From: Paraspadella gotoi
Taxonomy: Eukaryota > Animalia > Chaetognatha
NCBI GenBank assembly: GCA_051294375.1
Contig: CM119269.1
Location: 22,242,327-22,306,326, forward strand
DNA: 64,000 nucleotides
Reading direction: 5' to 3'
The notes under the pieces are model-generated. The model was not told the origin of the DNA and did no database searches. It saw only the letters and a list, made by a program, of their open reading frames with translations. Below are positions 12,083-25,189 of the stretch, piece after piece (position 1 is the stretch's first letter; the number at the start of each line of letters is the position of its first letter). Made by a program: the position numbers and the translations under genes.

Positions 12083-15000
12083 ATGGAATCTGACGCCGCT
12101 TCGCCGCTCCGGCCGCCGCTCCGGCCGCCGCCTCGCCGCCCGACGCCGCTTCGCAGCCGACGGCGCCGCCCCAGACCGGCGTCGCGCGGAATCGACGGCG
12201 GCGTCGTCTGTTTCGTCTTCGTCGTCGTAGTCGGCGTCGTCTTGAATTTGCTCGTCATTCCTGGAGTCGTTGGAGCGCAGAGAAGCAATGAAGGTTCGTG
12301 ATGAAGAGGGAGAAGGAGGGAGGGGGGGTGGGGGAGGAGGAGGGAGGAGGAGGGGAGGAAGAAGGGGAACAGATGGAAGATGAGAGAAGGAGAGAAGAGG
12401 GAGGGAGAGAGAGACAGAGAGAGAGAGAGAGAGACAAGATAAAACGAGAATGGAAAGGTTAATGAAAGTAAGAGAAGAGGAAAATAAAATTTAAATTCAG
12501 TTTAACGAGAGATGATTATGTCAAACACAGTCTAAACGTTTTCAATAGATTGTATTTTATGTTTAACTTGTATGAGCGCATCTATGTTTCTCTGGACATG
12601 ATATTAGTTTTAATTTCTGTCCACCATCCACTTTATTTCACTTTCTGTCCACTTTTTAACTTCTATCTATGTTTATATGTATATAGACACTTTTTTTCAA
12701 AATGGAGTTGCTGTGCTAAATAGAAAACAAAGTTTTTTTTTTTTTTCAAAATATTTCGCCATGTATTCTTATGTCATCAGCAGTGATAGTAAAAAGATCA
12801 AAATTAAATTTTAAGTTTTAATTTTTGTCTTTTTACTATCACTGATGATGACAATAGAAAATATATCGAAATATCCATTTTGAAAATAAGTGTTTATTAT
12901 ATCTACTTCACTGTGCTTTTGATGACATTAAAACAGTTCTATCTATTATCGAAGGCGCGGATGAGACTAGGAAATTTAGAAAGAATGTAGAGCGATTCCT
13001 TGTCGTCGTTGTTGTTGTTGTTGTAGCTGTCGTCGTTTGCGATGCAGATGAGAAGATTTCGTTGAGGAAAAGAAGCTTGAAGGTCAAAGGTTAAACTGAA
13101 AACTGAAGCGAAAGAAAAAAACCGGATGCCACGCCCATTTGCGTTGGTGACGCTGTTAGTTGAAAGGGGACGAAGGAGATGGTAGAAGTTGGGGAAAAGG
13201 AAGTAGAAGTTGTGGAAAATAAAGTAGGAGTTGTGGAAAAAGTAGTAGGAGTTCGGGAAAAAATAGTAGAGGATGTGAAAAGGGTGATTTAAATCGTGGA
13301 AATGTGGTCAGTAGTTGTGGAAAAGGTGGTAAAGGTTGTGGAAAAAGAGGTAGAATTTTTGGAATATCGGGTACATGTCTGGTAAAGATGTTAGAAGTCT
13401 TGGAAAAGGTGGAAGAATTTGTGGAAAGTTGGTAGAAGTTGTGGCAAAGGTGATAAAAGTTATAAGAAAATACCGGTAAATACTATTTAAGCTCTCGATC
13501 CCGGATATAACGAAGTTTATGGTCGATTTCCTCGTTAATAGCGAACTCTCGCTCCAATAGGTTATTTTTTCGAATTTATCGAATTCTGATTTTTATCGTA
13601 ATTCGATATTCGCGAATTCGCAAAAGAAGCGACTTTTTTTGGGGATCATATGTAGTCAGCTTAAAATTTTTTTTATCGATGCATTTTAAAATTTTCCTGG
13701 ATTAGAAATTTGCGACAAAAAATGATGATATAGAGATGAGAAACGCACGCAAAGAAAGAAAGATCACGGAAAAACACAAAACCTAAGATTAATTTCGGTT
13801 TTAAAGAATTCACATCCTTAAATAAACCTCTTTATCTTCGTTCTCTTTAATTTTCCTATAATATTTTCCTATTTTCACGACTTAATAAACTTTTCGTTCT
13901 CGCACTTTTCCTTTCGCCTTCGCGTAGTTTTGGCAAAAGAATTAATTGATCTTGAAAGAGAAAAAGGTAACAATAAAGATAAATGGTCAAGTGGTAAATA
14001 TTATTCCCGAAGAAATTTGGTATTGTCGTGAAATTAAAAAAACAACATAAAAGCATGATAATTTTTTTTTCTTCTAAAAAATATCATTTTTCTCATTCAC
14101 TTTTCATTTAGATATATACATAAAGTTATCACTTATAAACAAACCTACAAGAACCTATTTTTGAGCAAAAAATTTTTACCACTTTTTAAGGCTTTTTTCA
14201 TACCCTTCGCAGAACCATTCATCAATTTATTGTTTTTTATTTTTGTAGATGCTTTCAAAATACTGTTTGCTTAGTCTAGTAGAGATTCCCTAATTATTAA
14301 TCATCAGTCGTGAATAACTTTATAAAAAAGGTTTACCAAAAATTAAAAACCTTATATTTACAAATATTTTTTTACATTTTTTTTTGCCAATAGATTTTAG
14401 TATTTTTTTAATAGCGAGTAATCTTTGTTACAAATTAACTTCAATTGCCTTTTTGTTTAGGTCCCACGAAAAGTACGTCCGCTTTAGAATCAACGACAGA
14501 GGCGACGCCTTGCGATTCGAACGCAAACGAGGTTAATAAACAAAAGACAGTTATTTCGATTAATGATAATCAAAGACTAATGGGTTTCTGTGATAGTCAA
14601 ATTAAACAAAAATTAAACTTGACGAGTTTTCACTTCTAGTTTGGTGATTAAATATGAATATATTAATATTATTATTAATTAAATTTAATCTGATTTCAGA
14701 ATAAAGGCATATCTTGGATAGAGGAACAAGAAGAACTTCTTCAGAAAAAATTCAGAACAGTAATCAAAGTTCGACCAGTTTTAAAATATAACGATACAGG
14801 TATGACTCATTATACTTGAGACAATCTTGAAATATTAATATGATTGATTAGGCTTTTGAAAGCATATCTAGTAAAAATGAAACTGATTAATTTTTTTTAA
14901 TTTAACGGTTCTACTAATATTAGTAAATGAATGTAAATACAATATTGTAAATTGTTTCTCTCCTACAGTCTCCGTCAACGTTTCCCTGGTTTTGCTTCAC

Positions 15001-16479
15001 ATTTTCAAATTAGTAAGTATGAATAAATTTATATTAGTTTCTTTGCCCAATTTATAATTGAGATGTTAATTAGGAAGTTGGCTCCGTAGTGTGAGAATTC
15101 AAAAATAACCAATTATTAATTTCACAATAAAAATTTTCAATAGTAATTTCCGAAAATTATTTTATTCATAGCAAATTTTATTGATAGCATTTTAATTTTG
15201 ATTAAAAAAATTTTTTTGAGCACAAAGGAGTAAAACTTGTAAAACCCTCGTAGTTATTAGTAACAACTATTAATTGCCTTTGAGTCAACTAAATAATAAA
15301 TATGTATGTAAAGATGTTACTGTTTACTTCTTTTCATGAGCACAAGTGCAACTTTTTTGATTTAGCACCGATCTGAATTTCCTTCGATATAAGTTCATTT
15401 TTGTCAAAACTTTGAAAAATTCAAACATCATTTGACTCATTTCGCCATCCTATCATTCACATTTATACATTCCCTGTCTTTTTATTTTCGGCTTTATTTT
15501 CCAAGAGCTACTCATTTCGTCTTAAATTCGAAATTGGGTTATTTTTTAGGTTAAAAATGTAAGGATTATGGAATAGGTTAAGTATTAAGGTTTAGCGCAA
15601 GGGTTAATGATTATTTATTATTGTTTAAGGCTTGGGTTAAGGAATATATTAGGGTTAAACATTAGAGTTAGGAATTGGGTTATGAGTTTTCTAACAGATG
15701 AAGGTTAAATATTATAATTACTAAAATTATGTTCAGGAATTAATGAACAGAATTGGGTCGCTTTTGGGAAAGAGCCTTACTTTCTTTGTTAACTTGAGTT
15801 TGAGTTGATCCCGGAACGATTCTTGTATTTTCATTTACCAATCAAAATTGTGATTTGGCATCAAATTTTTCGCACTTTTAAAAATATCATCATGATGAAA
15901 GTTTTTGGTTCGGAATCCGAATACTTGTCGTTCAGTTTGAAATCGCACTTTGGATCCCTGTTCACTTCTATTTTATTTTCTGAATTACAGTTAAAGGGTT
16001 TTTGCATTTTTTTTTACATTTTTATATTTTCTGGATTACATTTAAACCCGTTTTAACTGTAATCACACTTTCTCCCTATTTTGCAAGTTGCATTTTTCCA
16101 TAAATAAATCCAGTTTCATTTGTTGTTGTGAAAAAGTTAAACAAGATTATAAATTCAAAATAAAGATTTTCATTTCTTCACGAAATTTTTTACTCCTTAA
16201 ACTTTCACTCATCTGTTGTGGACAAAAAAATGTAAAGTCAATCAAAAGAAGATCTGGAATCAAACCCGGTGTACCCAGTCTTTTTTCAACGGTAATTTCT
16301 TTCCCGTTCACTTCTATTGATTTTGGGTGGCCACTGGTCATTTGGTCACAACAATCGATCCAACACGATAAACGGATAGACTTTTTTTGTCAGTCCAGAA
16401 AAACTCAATTATCTTTTGGTCCAGTCTTTGTTTCAAATTTTATAAAAAAATCATTGAAAAATAAGTAAAAAAATTTAAA

Positions 16480-16518
<39 letters not shown>

Positions 16519-19368
16519 TATTACATACATTAAATAGTCAAAACCATAAATATTAATATTCTGAAATATAAAAATAACAAATATTGAATCATAGAAAATT
16601 TCCTCATTCCGAATGGTTTATGTTAGTTTTTTTTCGGTAATTTGAATTAATTATGATTTTGAAAAGTAAAATTGATGTAAAATGTCGTAAATTTGTCTTT
16701 AGAGAAATTTTAGAAATTTAGAGCAATTGTAGCAATGATAGTTTTAGTATTCATTAGAATTTATTGAAAAAAAATGTAATATAATGATTTCAATAATCGA
16801 CCTCGCTTCAAAAAATATTCAAAAATTAAAATGATGGGAGAAACCCGAACTATGCTGATATATCAACATATTTTTCAAGATGACCTTAAATGTTTATGAA
16901 CTTTCTAAAAAGATTTTAACAAGCGCGAAAATATTAATAAATAAATTAATTAAGGTTTCTCACACGGCGGTCGCTTCCTATAGAAGTTGATATATATACA
17001 TTAGCGCGATCCGATGCTAATTCTACTTAAACAATAAAATTAAACATGAAACATTAGTCATGTCAAAACTTGTGAATGAGCTTACAAGCCCTTTTCATAC
17101 TATTAGTCTCGGTGTCTACTTTTAATTTATAATTCCGACAAAATTAATAAATATTTATATTCTTTTCTCTCAGGACGAAAAGCTCCAAGTACTTCACAGC
17201 ACTTTCTATGCCCATTTTGTAAGTATTATTTTCAAAGGCATTGTGAGAATTATTGTACAAATCTTTATTTGTATTAAATTTTAATTTTCAATTTCAATTA
17301 AATTTCAGCAATGGCAAGATCATTCGTCCAAATGGGATCCAGACGATTATATGGGGATTACCAAGTAAATACATCAGGAATAACATTTAATACCGATTAA
17401 AAACGATAATACTATTAATTAACACATTACTTTTCTACATTCTCTCAGGATCAGCGTGCCTGTGAACAGAATATGGCTCCCAGATATCGTCCTTCTCAAC
17501 ACGTAAGACATGAGAAAAAAGAGAAATCTTACCAAATACAAATAATTACAATTATTTCGCAACAATGAATTGTATCCAGGGCGGAAGATATGGTTTCTTT
17601 CCACAAGATGGATTCCTTTCCAGTCAGAGTCGAATATCAAGGGACGGTCGTGTGGACGCCAACGATCAACTCTCAGTCTATCTGTAGGGTAAGCTTGATC
17701 TGTAGGCTCAGCTTGATCGATTAATCTATTGAGTATTAGGTTAAGGATAAAATATTTAGTTTTGGTTATAATATATTATAATATATTGACAATGTTAAAA
17801 TACTCTTCATTCGTTTCCCCCTTCAGGTTCGCATCATATTTTTTCCTTTTGACACACAAACTTGCGAAATCAAATTAGCCTCTTGGACTCAACCGAAAAC
17901 AGAGATCCATTTGAACGCCGCGGTGAGGAATCCAATGTTGTTGTTGTTGTCGTAGTTGTTGTTGTCCTCTTCCTCCTCTGTCATCGTTTGTTTATTTATA
18001 AATCCTTTATTTGTTAACAAAATCCTTTTTATTTTGAAAACCAGAGGGGCCGTGCCTGGAGATTAATATTCATACTAACTTGTTTGTTAATTTTGTGATT
18101 TATATCTTGATTTGATGGGTATTCTGACAAAATTTACAATTATGTTTAAACAACTCAAAATTGTATTTTTTTCTTGTCTACATTTCAACATTTTAGATTA
18201 TGCTCGATCGGGGCTCCTGACCTCAATTACCTTTTTCCCCACTCGTGGATGTAATGTTTGTCCGATTATCTTGACCCAAAATTCATGCTCTCCAGGGGTG
18301 CAGTGTTTGGTCTTATGCTCGACCGGGTCCTGACCTAAAAATCCCTTTTCCTCCTTAGGAGACGCAAATACGAATGGATTTGTTCAACTTGAACTCAGAA
18401 TGGATGATTGAAGAAACGATGGTGAAAGAGAAAAACCAAACTTACCCTTATTACGACACAGAATTTTCGGGTAAGGGTATATGGCGCAGAAACTAATATA
18501 CAGCATATGTAGCGCAGCGTTATTAACCCTTGGTTAATTGTGAGAGATTCATTAATCTGTTGTAGCCTATTTGTCGGATTAAAAGTATCACTTATTTAAA
18601 CTTCAATTAACTAAAATTCACTAATATTCACTCAATTTCAGTGAACTTACCTCACATCTCTTTCCTCTCACTCTTTTTCATATTTCACATCAAAAATATA
18701 AAACCTCATCATATTTATTTCGCCGGATTCATACCTTCAACCCCCCCCATTTTTTCTCCCCTTCACTTTTTCCGACCCCCTCCATCCCCCACTTTTTCCG
18801 ACTTCTTCCACCCTCCACCCTCACTTTATTTGTAGAACTTTACTTTTCCGTAAAAATGAGTCGGAAACCGTTGGTGCAAATCTTTCAATTGGTGCTGCCT
18901 TGCATTCTGCTCTACCTGCTCATCTTGATGTCGTTCTGGCTGCCGCAAGACAATCCCGGAAAAGCGGGACTAGGTAAAAACATCGGGCGGCTGGGCATTA
19001 TTTTCCCAAAATGCCCCATTTTATCTCAAATTCTGAATTTGGTTAATTTTTATAAACTTATTAGTTTTGAGGTTAGGGATTAGGATGGAAGGTTAGTGGT
19101 TAGGGTTAAAAATTAGGGATAAGGGTTTGTGGTCAGGGTTTACGGTTATGAATTGGGTTATAAGTTTAAAAAATATGTTTTGATAATATTAAGGTTAAAA
19201 GTTAATTGCAGGATAAAGTAACAGAAATGGAGCGCTTTGGGAAATTTAGTTTAGTATAAGGCAATTCGTTGTGGGATTTAAAATTCCTTTTTTTTTTCTT
19301 ATTTGCCAATATTTCGATTCTAATGGACGAATCATTTTTCAAGTCAGAGAGAAAGTAAGGGAGGGAGG

Positions 19369-19438
<70 letters not shown>

Positions 19439-21200
19439 CAAAATACAAAAGAATCATAAGAACAGAGACACAAAAGAGCAAAGAGGGCTAAACCCCGGCC
19501 CCTCCCCAAAAACATGATACGGTGGAATCTCTATTAAGTTTTTTCATGTTTTTTAAAAGTGGGTTCCATGCATCTGTCCGGACATAGATGCCCTTGCCTT
19601 CTTCTGGTGGTGGTTTTTTGCTGCATAGGACATTTGCCAGTGTCCTTCCACCACAGTGTATAAGGAGCAGCCTGCCTTTTTAAATGGAATCTAACCAGAA
19701 ATTCGTCTCGATCTTTTAATTCCCCATAATTTCCCATCAATTCGAGTCAGACATGATTTCGGTTCGCCTCTGGAAATTGGCCTGCCTGACATTTGACTCC
19801 AGGCGTCAGGCGTTTGACTCCAGGCGTCGGAGTTGATGACACGGAAATTATTTGCAGACAAATTTTTTGATTCTGAGCCAAATTTTGACCACTAGGAAAA
19901 AAAGGGAAAATTTTTGTTGGTAGATATAATAATATTAATATTATGATTTTTGGTATAATATTTTCTAAAAACATGACAATTCATATCCCCATGGTCTTCA
20001 GATATAATTTATAGTATAAATCTCGTAAAGAGTCCCAAAAGCACAACTTAAATTACGAAAGAAATTTTCAAAAGTATGAGATAAAAATAAAATAAAGTGA
20101 AATATTTTTTACCATAGTGTTGTGTAGAGGTTCACTCTTTTTCCAGAAGACAACACTCAACAGTCAACAATCACCAGTCAACAGTCAACAATCCCTTGTA
20201 GTTCAAATATATTGAGTTGTAGTGATACGACTCGTCTTTCCATGATACGACTGTTCCTTCCATCAGCGTAATAGCGCACTGGGCGAACGCTTCATGTCCG
20301 AACCCAATGATCACGGGTTCTAACCCCGGTCGAGAACAGTTCTTCCGAAATGGGTGAAAGGCCGGTTAAACCACCGGCAGCAAGCTTACCGCCGGATCCG
20401 AAAATCCGGAAAGCACGGCAACTGAAACGAAAAAATCTCCCAGGCCCACTGGGCACACTAAGTGTGGGGGCTATCACACACTCACAGAGAGGCATGGCGA
20501 CCCTCTCTCCACTCGGTCACTTTACAGTAACATTTAATCCAAAATATATATTTAATTTTCTCTCAATTTTTTTTTTAAATTCTAGTTTAATAGTAGTAAA
20601 AAAACAATTAATTTTGCAATTTAAATAAAATAAACCAAAATAAGTGACTAATTCCTTCCATTCAACTACTCGCTCTCACCCTGACCCTCTCTTCGGACCC
20701 TACCCTTTTCCCCTCCCCCTCCCTCCCCTCTTCCTTGCTCCCCCTCTCCCTCCCTCTCCCTCTCTCTTCCTCCTTCCCTCCCCTCTTCTTGCTCCCCTCT
20801 CCCTCTCTCTCCCCTCTCCCTCCCTCTCCCCTTCCTCCCCCTTCCTCCCCATTTCAGCGACGCACGGTTCTATTTAGCCTCCAGCGTCCAACTGCTCGTC
20901 GTTGTCGACTACACTCCGCCATCCTCAACATTCGTTCCCATCTTGGGTGAGTCTCGCTGCAGCAGCGAGATGCTGACGCTGCTGCTCCCAGGCTGCGGCC
21001 CGCTGCTCAGGCAGCTGTAACCTGAGCTTTGACTGCTGCCGCTGCAGCCGAGGCTGCTGCCGAGGCTGGAGACATGATTGACTTTCCTGATTCACATTAT
21101 ATTTTTCTCTTTTCCTTTTCTTTTCCTCTCTTTCTTTTCTTTTCTCCATTTTCTTCTATTTTTTCTTTTCTCCTTTTCCATTTCTTTTTTTTTCCTTCCT

Positions 21201-21244
<44 letters not shown>

Positions 21245-23343
21245 GCTTTCCTGCTTTCTTTCTTTCTGTCACTCCTCCCTGTCCTTTTCTCTCCATCTCT
21301 TCCCCTTTCTTTCCCTCCCTATCTCTTTCTTTCCTTTCTCTCTGTCTTTTCTTCTCTCTCCCTCCCTTCCTCCCTCCCCCGCCAGGCATCTACTACGCCT
21401 TGAACAGCGTGATGGCCGCCGTCGCTGCCCTCTCCTCTGTTTTCGTTCTTCACCTCAGATCTCAATGGAAGGAAAGATTTCCTCCGCCCTGGTGGCTCAA
21501 AGCGGTCAGTGTCAGTCAGTTGTGGCCAACATTTTGTGTCATTATTAGGGGTTGGAATATTCTAATGAGTTGGCGTCGATCAGTGGAAAATTTATTTATT
21601 TAAAAATAACAATATTGAACCTTCAAGGTAATCGAATATAAGTTTATCGGTAAATTATCAAAGCACTACAATATGCAAATGAGATTGATGAGTTCAGTCT
21701 CATTAAAAATGATCTACAACTGATACTCAGCTCCATTTCCACAATAAGACCCAATTCGACAAAAACCAAGTACCAATGATTAAAAATGAGTTTTACTTTT
21801 ACAAAAATAGAGTTATCCCGATTAGCGATGATCTGGGCCAAATAATGATGAGACTAAACTCACTCTTAGTGTTGGCATCTCTGAATGACGACCAGGAAGG
21901 GAGAACCCGTTTATTAGACGGATAAATAAATAAATAAATAAGTAAATAAATGAATTAAATAAATGAATAAATGAACGAAATCCCCAGGTGACCAAGCTCA
22001 ACGTCTGCACGCCGGTTGGCTACTTCGTGATGGGTCGACGTCACAAGCCTGTGTCTGAGACGACGACGCCGAGTGAAGCCAGTGAGGATGGGAATCAAAT
22101 GGAGGAGGAGGAAGAGGAGGAGGAAGTGGAATGTGATCAAGTCACGATCGATGAGAAAGGTGAGACATTTGGGGGGAGGAGGGTAAGGTCGGGGACGGAA
22201 AGGAGGTAAGTACGAGGCGGGGAGTTAGATAAAATATATTTTAGTCTTTTTAATGGTAAAATATTGTTACTTCAAAAGAAAAATGGCGAAAAAAATCATA
22301 TATAGTTTTCCTCCATTTTTGTTATTTGTTATATTGTTATTTGTTATTTCAAATAAAGTTAGTTTTTTTTGTTTTTTTTTTAATTTGGCAATGCTAAAGG
22401 CCTTGCACCTCTTTTTGGTTTAAAAAAGCGCTATTATACCTTTTAGAAAAGAGGGAAAGACATGCAACATCATCATCGGATCTGAACAGAATTGCGTTAA
22501 ACTTAAAGATGTGGAAAAACATTTCACTGTCATAAATCAATTTGCTGTATGAGAGCATGCCCAGACAAATGCAGGCAGTAGTTCATTCATGTCAGGTCAT
22601 GTCATATCATGTGATCAAAAGGGAAATACGCGTGAAAATAAAGTCACATTGTATTTTAAATAAATATCCTGATAGATATCAAGTATCGAGTCAAATGGCA
22701 TTGAGGCTGCTGACCCTCGGTGACTGCCACTGGACCCGAGGTTATCCAGGAATTGAACCCGGGACCGACCGAAGGGGCTGAGAACTTAGCAGACAGGACA
22801 GGACAGTGGCAAGACGGCTTTAAATTGTGACGCCACAGGCCCACACAAGATTTATTCGCATTTAGTTAATAATATTATGTTTAAAGTTTATTACTGGTGT
22901 TATTTAGTTATCCATGATTTCTTTTGTCCAGTGATTCGAGAGGAAGTGAGCCGTGACGTTTCTTCACATCGTCTCTCAGTGAATCTCACCAACTACTTGA
23001 CGGTGAGTAGATTTAGTCAAGATTTGGCGACATGCTGATAAGATTTATGACGAGATTTATTGAAGAGATTTATTAAATTCTTTCAGAGTGACTCCGTTCC
23101 CAACGGACTCGTCAACGCCGCTCAACCACAACAACAACAACAACCGCAGCAGCAGCAGCAATGGCCTCAGCAGCAGCAGACGGCGCCGCCGCCGCCGCCG
23201 CAACAGACGCCGACGCCGTTCACCGCCAGTCACGCCGCCAGTCAAAACGACGTCGGTTTTCACACCAACGCAATGACGACGCCGACTTCGATGGCGTTGG
23301 GACGCGGCGCCGCTAGACCGCCGAACCTACCGCTCAATCAGCC

Positions 23344-23399
<56 letters not shown>

Positions 23400-24195
23400 A
23401 TCTGAATGGCACTAAGTTAGATAACTTAGATAACTCTGATGTGAGTTTTTAAGATATTAAAAAATGTTTTAAACTGACTGAAACTTATGTAGAAGGTGAA
23501 CGGTTTATGTAATGAAGGCTACATTTGGACATCTTATGAACATACTTGCTATCTCATTTGGATATTTAAGGTAAAGGACAATTATTATGAAATCTTTCCA
23601 ATTTGCAATTTATCCAGATGTCTTTTCTTTCCAAATAATCCCAACCCAGTAGTTTTTCTATTGGTGACATATTTGTACGAATAGTATTAATGGCAATACA
23701 ATTTACAGTGTGGTCAAACAAATGATTTTTCCGAACAATAATCTGAAAGTGGTTTGGCCTGCACTATCTAAGGTTGCATCGTTAGGGGTATGAATTGGGA
23801 GGTTTTGAAAGATTCGAATAGCTCTCAGCTGTAAACGGTCAAACTTAAGCCAATGATAAGCTCCGGTCGAAATTAAGCAAGGAGATGAATATAAAAAAAG
23901 AGAAACAATAAGGCTTTGAAATAGCTGATAGGCTAGTTTGTAGTTATCACCTGGTACAAAACGTGATATTCTGTTAATGGTAAGTAATTTACATTTTGCT
24001 TTTTTAAATAACTCATTAACATGGTTAGTCCATGTGAGGCGTTTGTCAATAATACATCCTAAAAATTTAATGCTGTTACACAAAGGAATTCTACTACCAA
24101 AAAGAAACAAATTAATTTCAAAATTAAAAAGATTAAAAGAACGAGTTATAAGGATACAATTTGATTTTTCGGGACACAGATCCAAGAACCACATT

Positions 24196-24290
<95 letters not shown>

Positions 24291-25015
24291 TACTTGGACA
24301 TGGCGGTGCTAGACCGCCGAACCTACTGCTCAATCAGCCAAGTGAGTGAGTGAGAGAGAGAGAGAAGGAGAGAGAGATATAGATAGAGAAAGAGAGTCTC
24401 TAACAATATATTTTCTCCTTATCGTATTTTTTTCAGACAACTTTGCCATCTTGATTCCACACTTGGCTTCCATCACAGAAAGGATGGATCGAATTCAATG
24501 CATCATCGCCGCCACTGGTGAGAGACGGGAAACTTTAAATGAACAAAGGAACAATCATATATAGATTGTTCAATAAAGATTAGGATATAAAATGAGTTGA
24601 ACTTTTTTAATAAACAGAAATTGTTTATAGTTAAAAAAAACTTTTTTTAGTATTAACTATTAAGGGTTTTTTCAAGTTAAAAGATTCTACTTAAACTTAG
24701 CAATAAATGATTAAATTCTATGATAATTTTCTATTTTCAATTCAGCAAATCAAAGGACACGAAACGCGGCTCAAAATCATTTCAACGAATCGATTCAGGT
24801 AAAATTTATTTTTCAAATGTATTACAATTTATTATTTTGAAATTAAAATTTATTAAAAATTAAGCATATCCAATCCCCTCCCATTCCACGAACAGAAAGA
24901 ATGGTTCGAAGTGGCCATTGCAGTAGAGCGGATATTCTTTTGCATCTATCTCGTTGTTCTCATGTTTTCGCCTCTCATCCTCCTCAAGTACACCTGGTTG
25001 GAAAACGCCGCGTAG
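12083..25015 (+). CDS. Cys-loop ligand-gated ion channel, nicotinic acetylcholine receptor-like non-alpha subunit, 19 exons (upstream in-frame ATGs at 11708 and 11936)
   Basis: GT-AG exons with consistent phases: ..12293, 14461-14531, 14700-14799, 14969-15012, 17174-17218, 17309-17364, 17449-17502, 17580-17688, 17827-17922, 18359-18470, 18836-18973, 20858-20946, 21386-21504, 21988-22159, 22932-23002, 23087-23345, 24437-24517, 24746-24798, 24896-25015. They encode a signal-like segment, [31 protein letters not shown], Cys-loop [24 protein letters not shown]1 ([20 protein letters not shown]), M2, M3 ([24 protein letters not shown]) and M4 ([22 protein letters not shown]). Only the M2 exon is off by 2 nt. 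Confidence 0.95.
12681..12897. mobile_element. Palindromic foldback/MITE in channel intron 1
   Basis: Arms atagacacttttttttcaaaatgga ... tccattttgaaaataagtgtttat and gtcatcagcagtgatagtaaaaaga ... tctttttactatcactgatgatgac. Confidence 0.7.
12961..13470 (+). pseudogene. Degraded secreted-protein gene with VEK-rich 21-nt repeats, nested in channel intron 1
   Basis: One frame reads [31 protein letters not shown]. It is followed by degenerate gtggaaaaggtagtagaagtt (VEKVVEV) repeats with stops and frameshifts. Confidence 0.4.
20265..20535 (+). mobile_element. tRNA-derived SINE
   Basis: Pol III A-box-like TAGCGCACTGGG (~20272) and B-box-like GGTTCTAACCCC (~20316), followed by a GC-rich body in an AT-rich intron. 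No complete cloverleaf. Confidence 0.6.
22680..22845 (-). mobile_element. Second tRNA-derived SINE-like element
   Basis: Minus-strand B-box GGTTCAATTCC (22749-22759) in a GC-rich island. The A-box is degenerate. Confidence 0.45.
23399..24199 (-). mobile_element. Non-LTR retrotransposon (LINE) 3' ORF2 fragment
   Basis: ORF 23703-24194 has post-RT motifs [23 protein letters not shown] and [22 protein letters not shown], typical of I/Jockey-group LINEs. Flanked by (GA)n on both sides. Confidence 0.85.
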
Positions 25016-25189
25016 CGGCGTCTACCGGAAAAATTTGAAGAAAGAAAAAACAAACGCAATTTAAAGAAAAAACAAATGATTATTCGTTGCTGGTACTAAC
25101 TGAAAATTCGACAATCAAAATAATTTTGAAAAATTTATCTCATCGTTTACTAATTGCCATTTGATGTAGGTACTATTATATTTCTCGCT

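Noticed and set aside
20265-20335. Possible tRNA gene
   Set aside because: A/B boxes are present but there is no convincing acceptor or anticodon stem, and it continues into a SINE-like body.
20948-21075. GC-rich (GCT/GCA) tract after the M2 exon as an extra exon
   Set aside because: It lies directly after the GT donor, and the M2 and M3 exons join correctly without it.
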